DNA from: a virus
Lineage: Duplodnaviria > Caudoviricetes
Length of the DNA: 36,144 bases
IMG/VR virus record: IMGVR_UViG_3300015050_000775
Span: 1-36,144 of that record
Strand: one strand, 5' to 3'
Below are positions 35,820 to 36,144 of this stretch, piece after piece. The notes beneath the pieces were generated by a model. That model did no database searches and was not told where the DNA came from. It worked only from the letters and a program-made list of their open reading frames with translations. A program made the translations under genes and the position numbers. Numbering within the stretch: position 1 is the stretch's first letter; each line of letters begins with the position of its first letter.

Positions 35820-35887
35820 CAAATGTAATATTGTTTTTGAAACTTGTTTACAACATTCAAAACTATTTTATAACTCACTGGTTTTTA
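35820..35887 (-). promoter_or_regulatory. 68-bp repeated early promoter, copy B
   Basis: 63/68 identical to 31084-31151; ends in TACATTTG. Confidence 0.85.
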
Positions 35888-35893
35888 GCTTGT

Positions 35894-36144
35894 TTATTTA
35901 TATTGTTGTTTCCCTTTGTTCCACCCTTTACTGTGTATGTGTAGGTTTCGCGCAACTTGGTTTGCAACCCTTCCCGCCTTCGCCTGTTTTTTCACATGCC
36001 CAATTAATGCCCGGTTCAAATCAACAAACATGGCCCTCCAATTGTCCTTTAAATACTGTACATCCTTTCCCGGTTTTGCAATTCTATGCTCCTCAGTAAC
36101 TCCCAACTCGTTTAACACTTCGTTGTTAAAGCTAATCATTGAAA
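35894..36144 (-). CDS. 3' part of the junction-spanning hypothetical protein (starts at 250)
   Basis: Frame open through the terminal repeat. Confidence 0.8.
   Translation of the reverse strand, partial: SMISFNNEVLNELGVTEEHRIAKPGKDVQYLKDNWRAMFVDLNRALIGHVKKQAKAGRVANQVARNLHIHSKGWNKGKQQYK
36022..36144. repeat. Terminal direct repeat, copy 2
   Basis: Identical to 1-123. Confidence 0.97.

Overview
Apparently complete, circularly assembled genome (~36,021 bp) of a tailed dsDNA phage with siphovirus-like gene content. Bases 1-123 are repeated exactly at 36022-36144 and one ORF reads through the junction. The host is most likely Bacteroidota, based on TAnnTTTG-type promoters, a DUF3127-like protein and A-rich starts without clear Shine-Dalgarno motifs. 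Nearly all genes are on the minus strand. Order of transcription: early/recombination module (SSAP-like gene, PD-(D/E)XK nuclease-FtsK fusion, DUF3127, HU), replication genes, NinG, HNH-like gene, accessory genes (membrane-anchored DUF2829/Tad2-like, ASCH-like), small terminase with a histone-H1-like tail, ten small genes, large terminase, tail genes and tape measure, Clp protease/scaffold, major capsid protein with a hydrophobic N-terminal hairpin, two paralogous tail-tube genes, portal, decorated neck genes, a beta-propeller protein, then lysis (two small membrane proteins, GH24 endolysin, probable u-spanin). The one convincing plus-strand gene is a 57-aa ribbon-helix-helix protein missed by the ORF track. 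I recognised no integrase, CI-type repressor, DNA polymerase, tRNA or CRISPR array. All family calls come from motif recognition by eye, not database searches.
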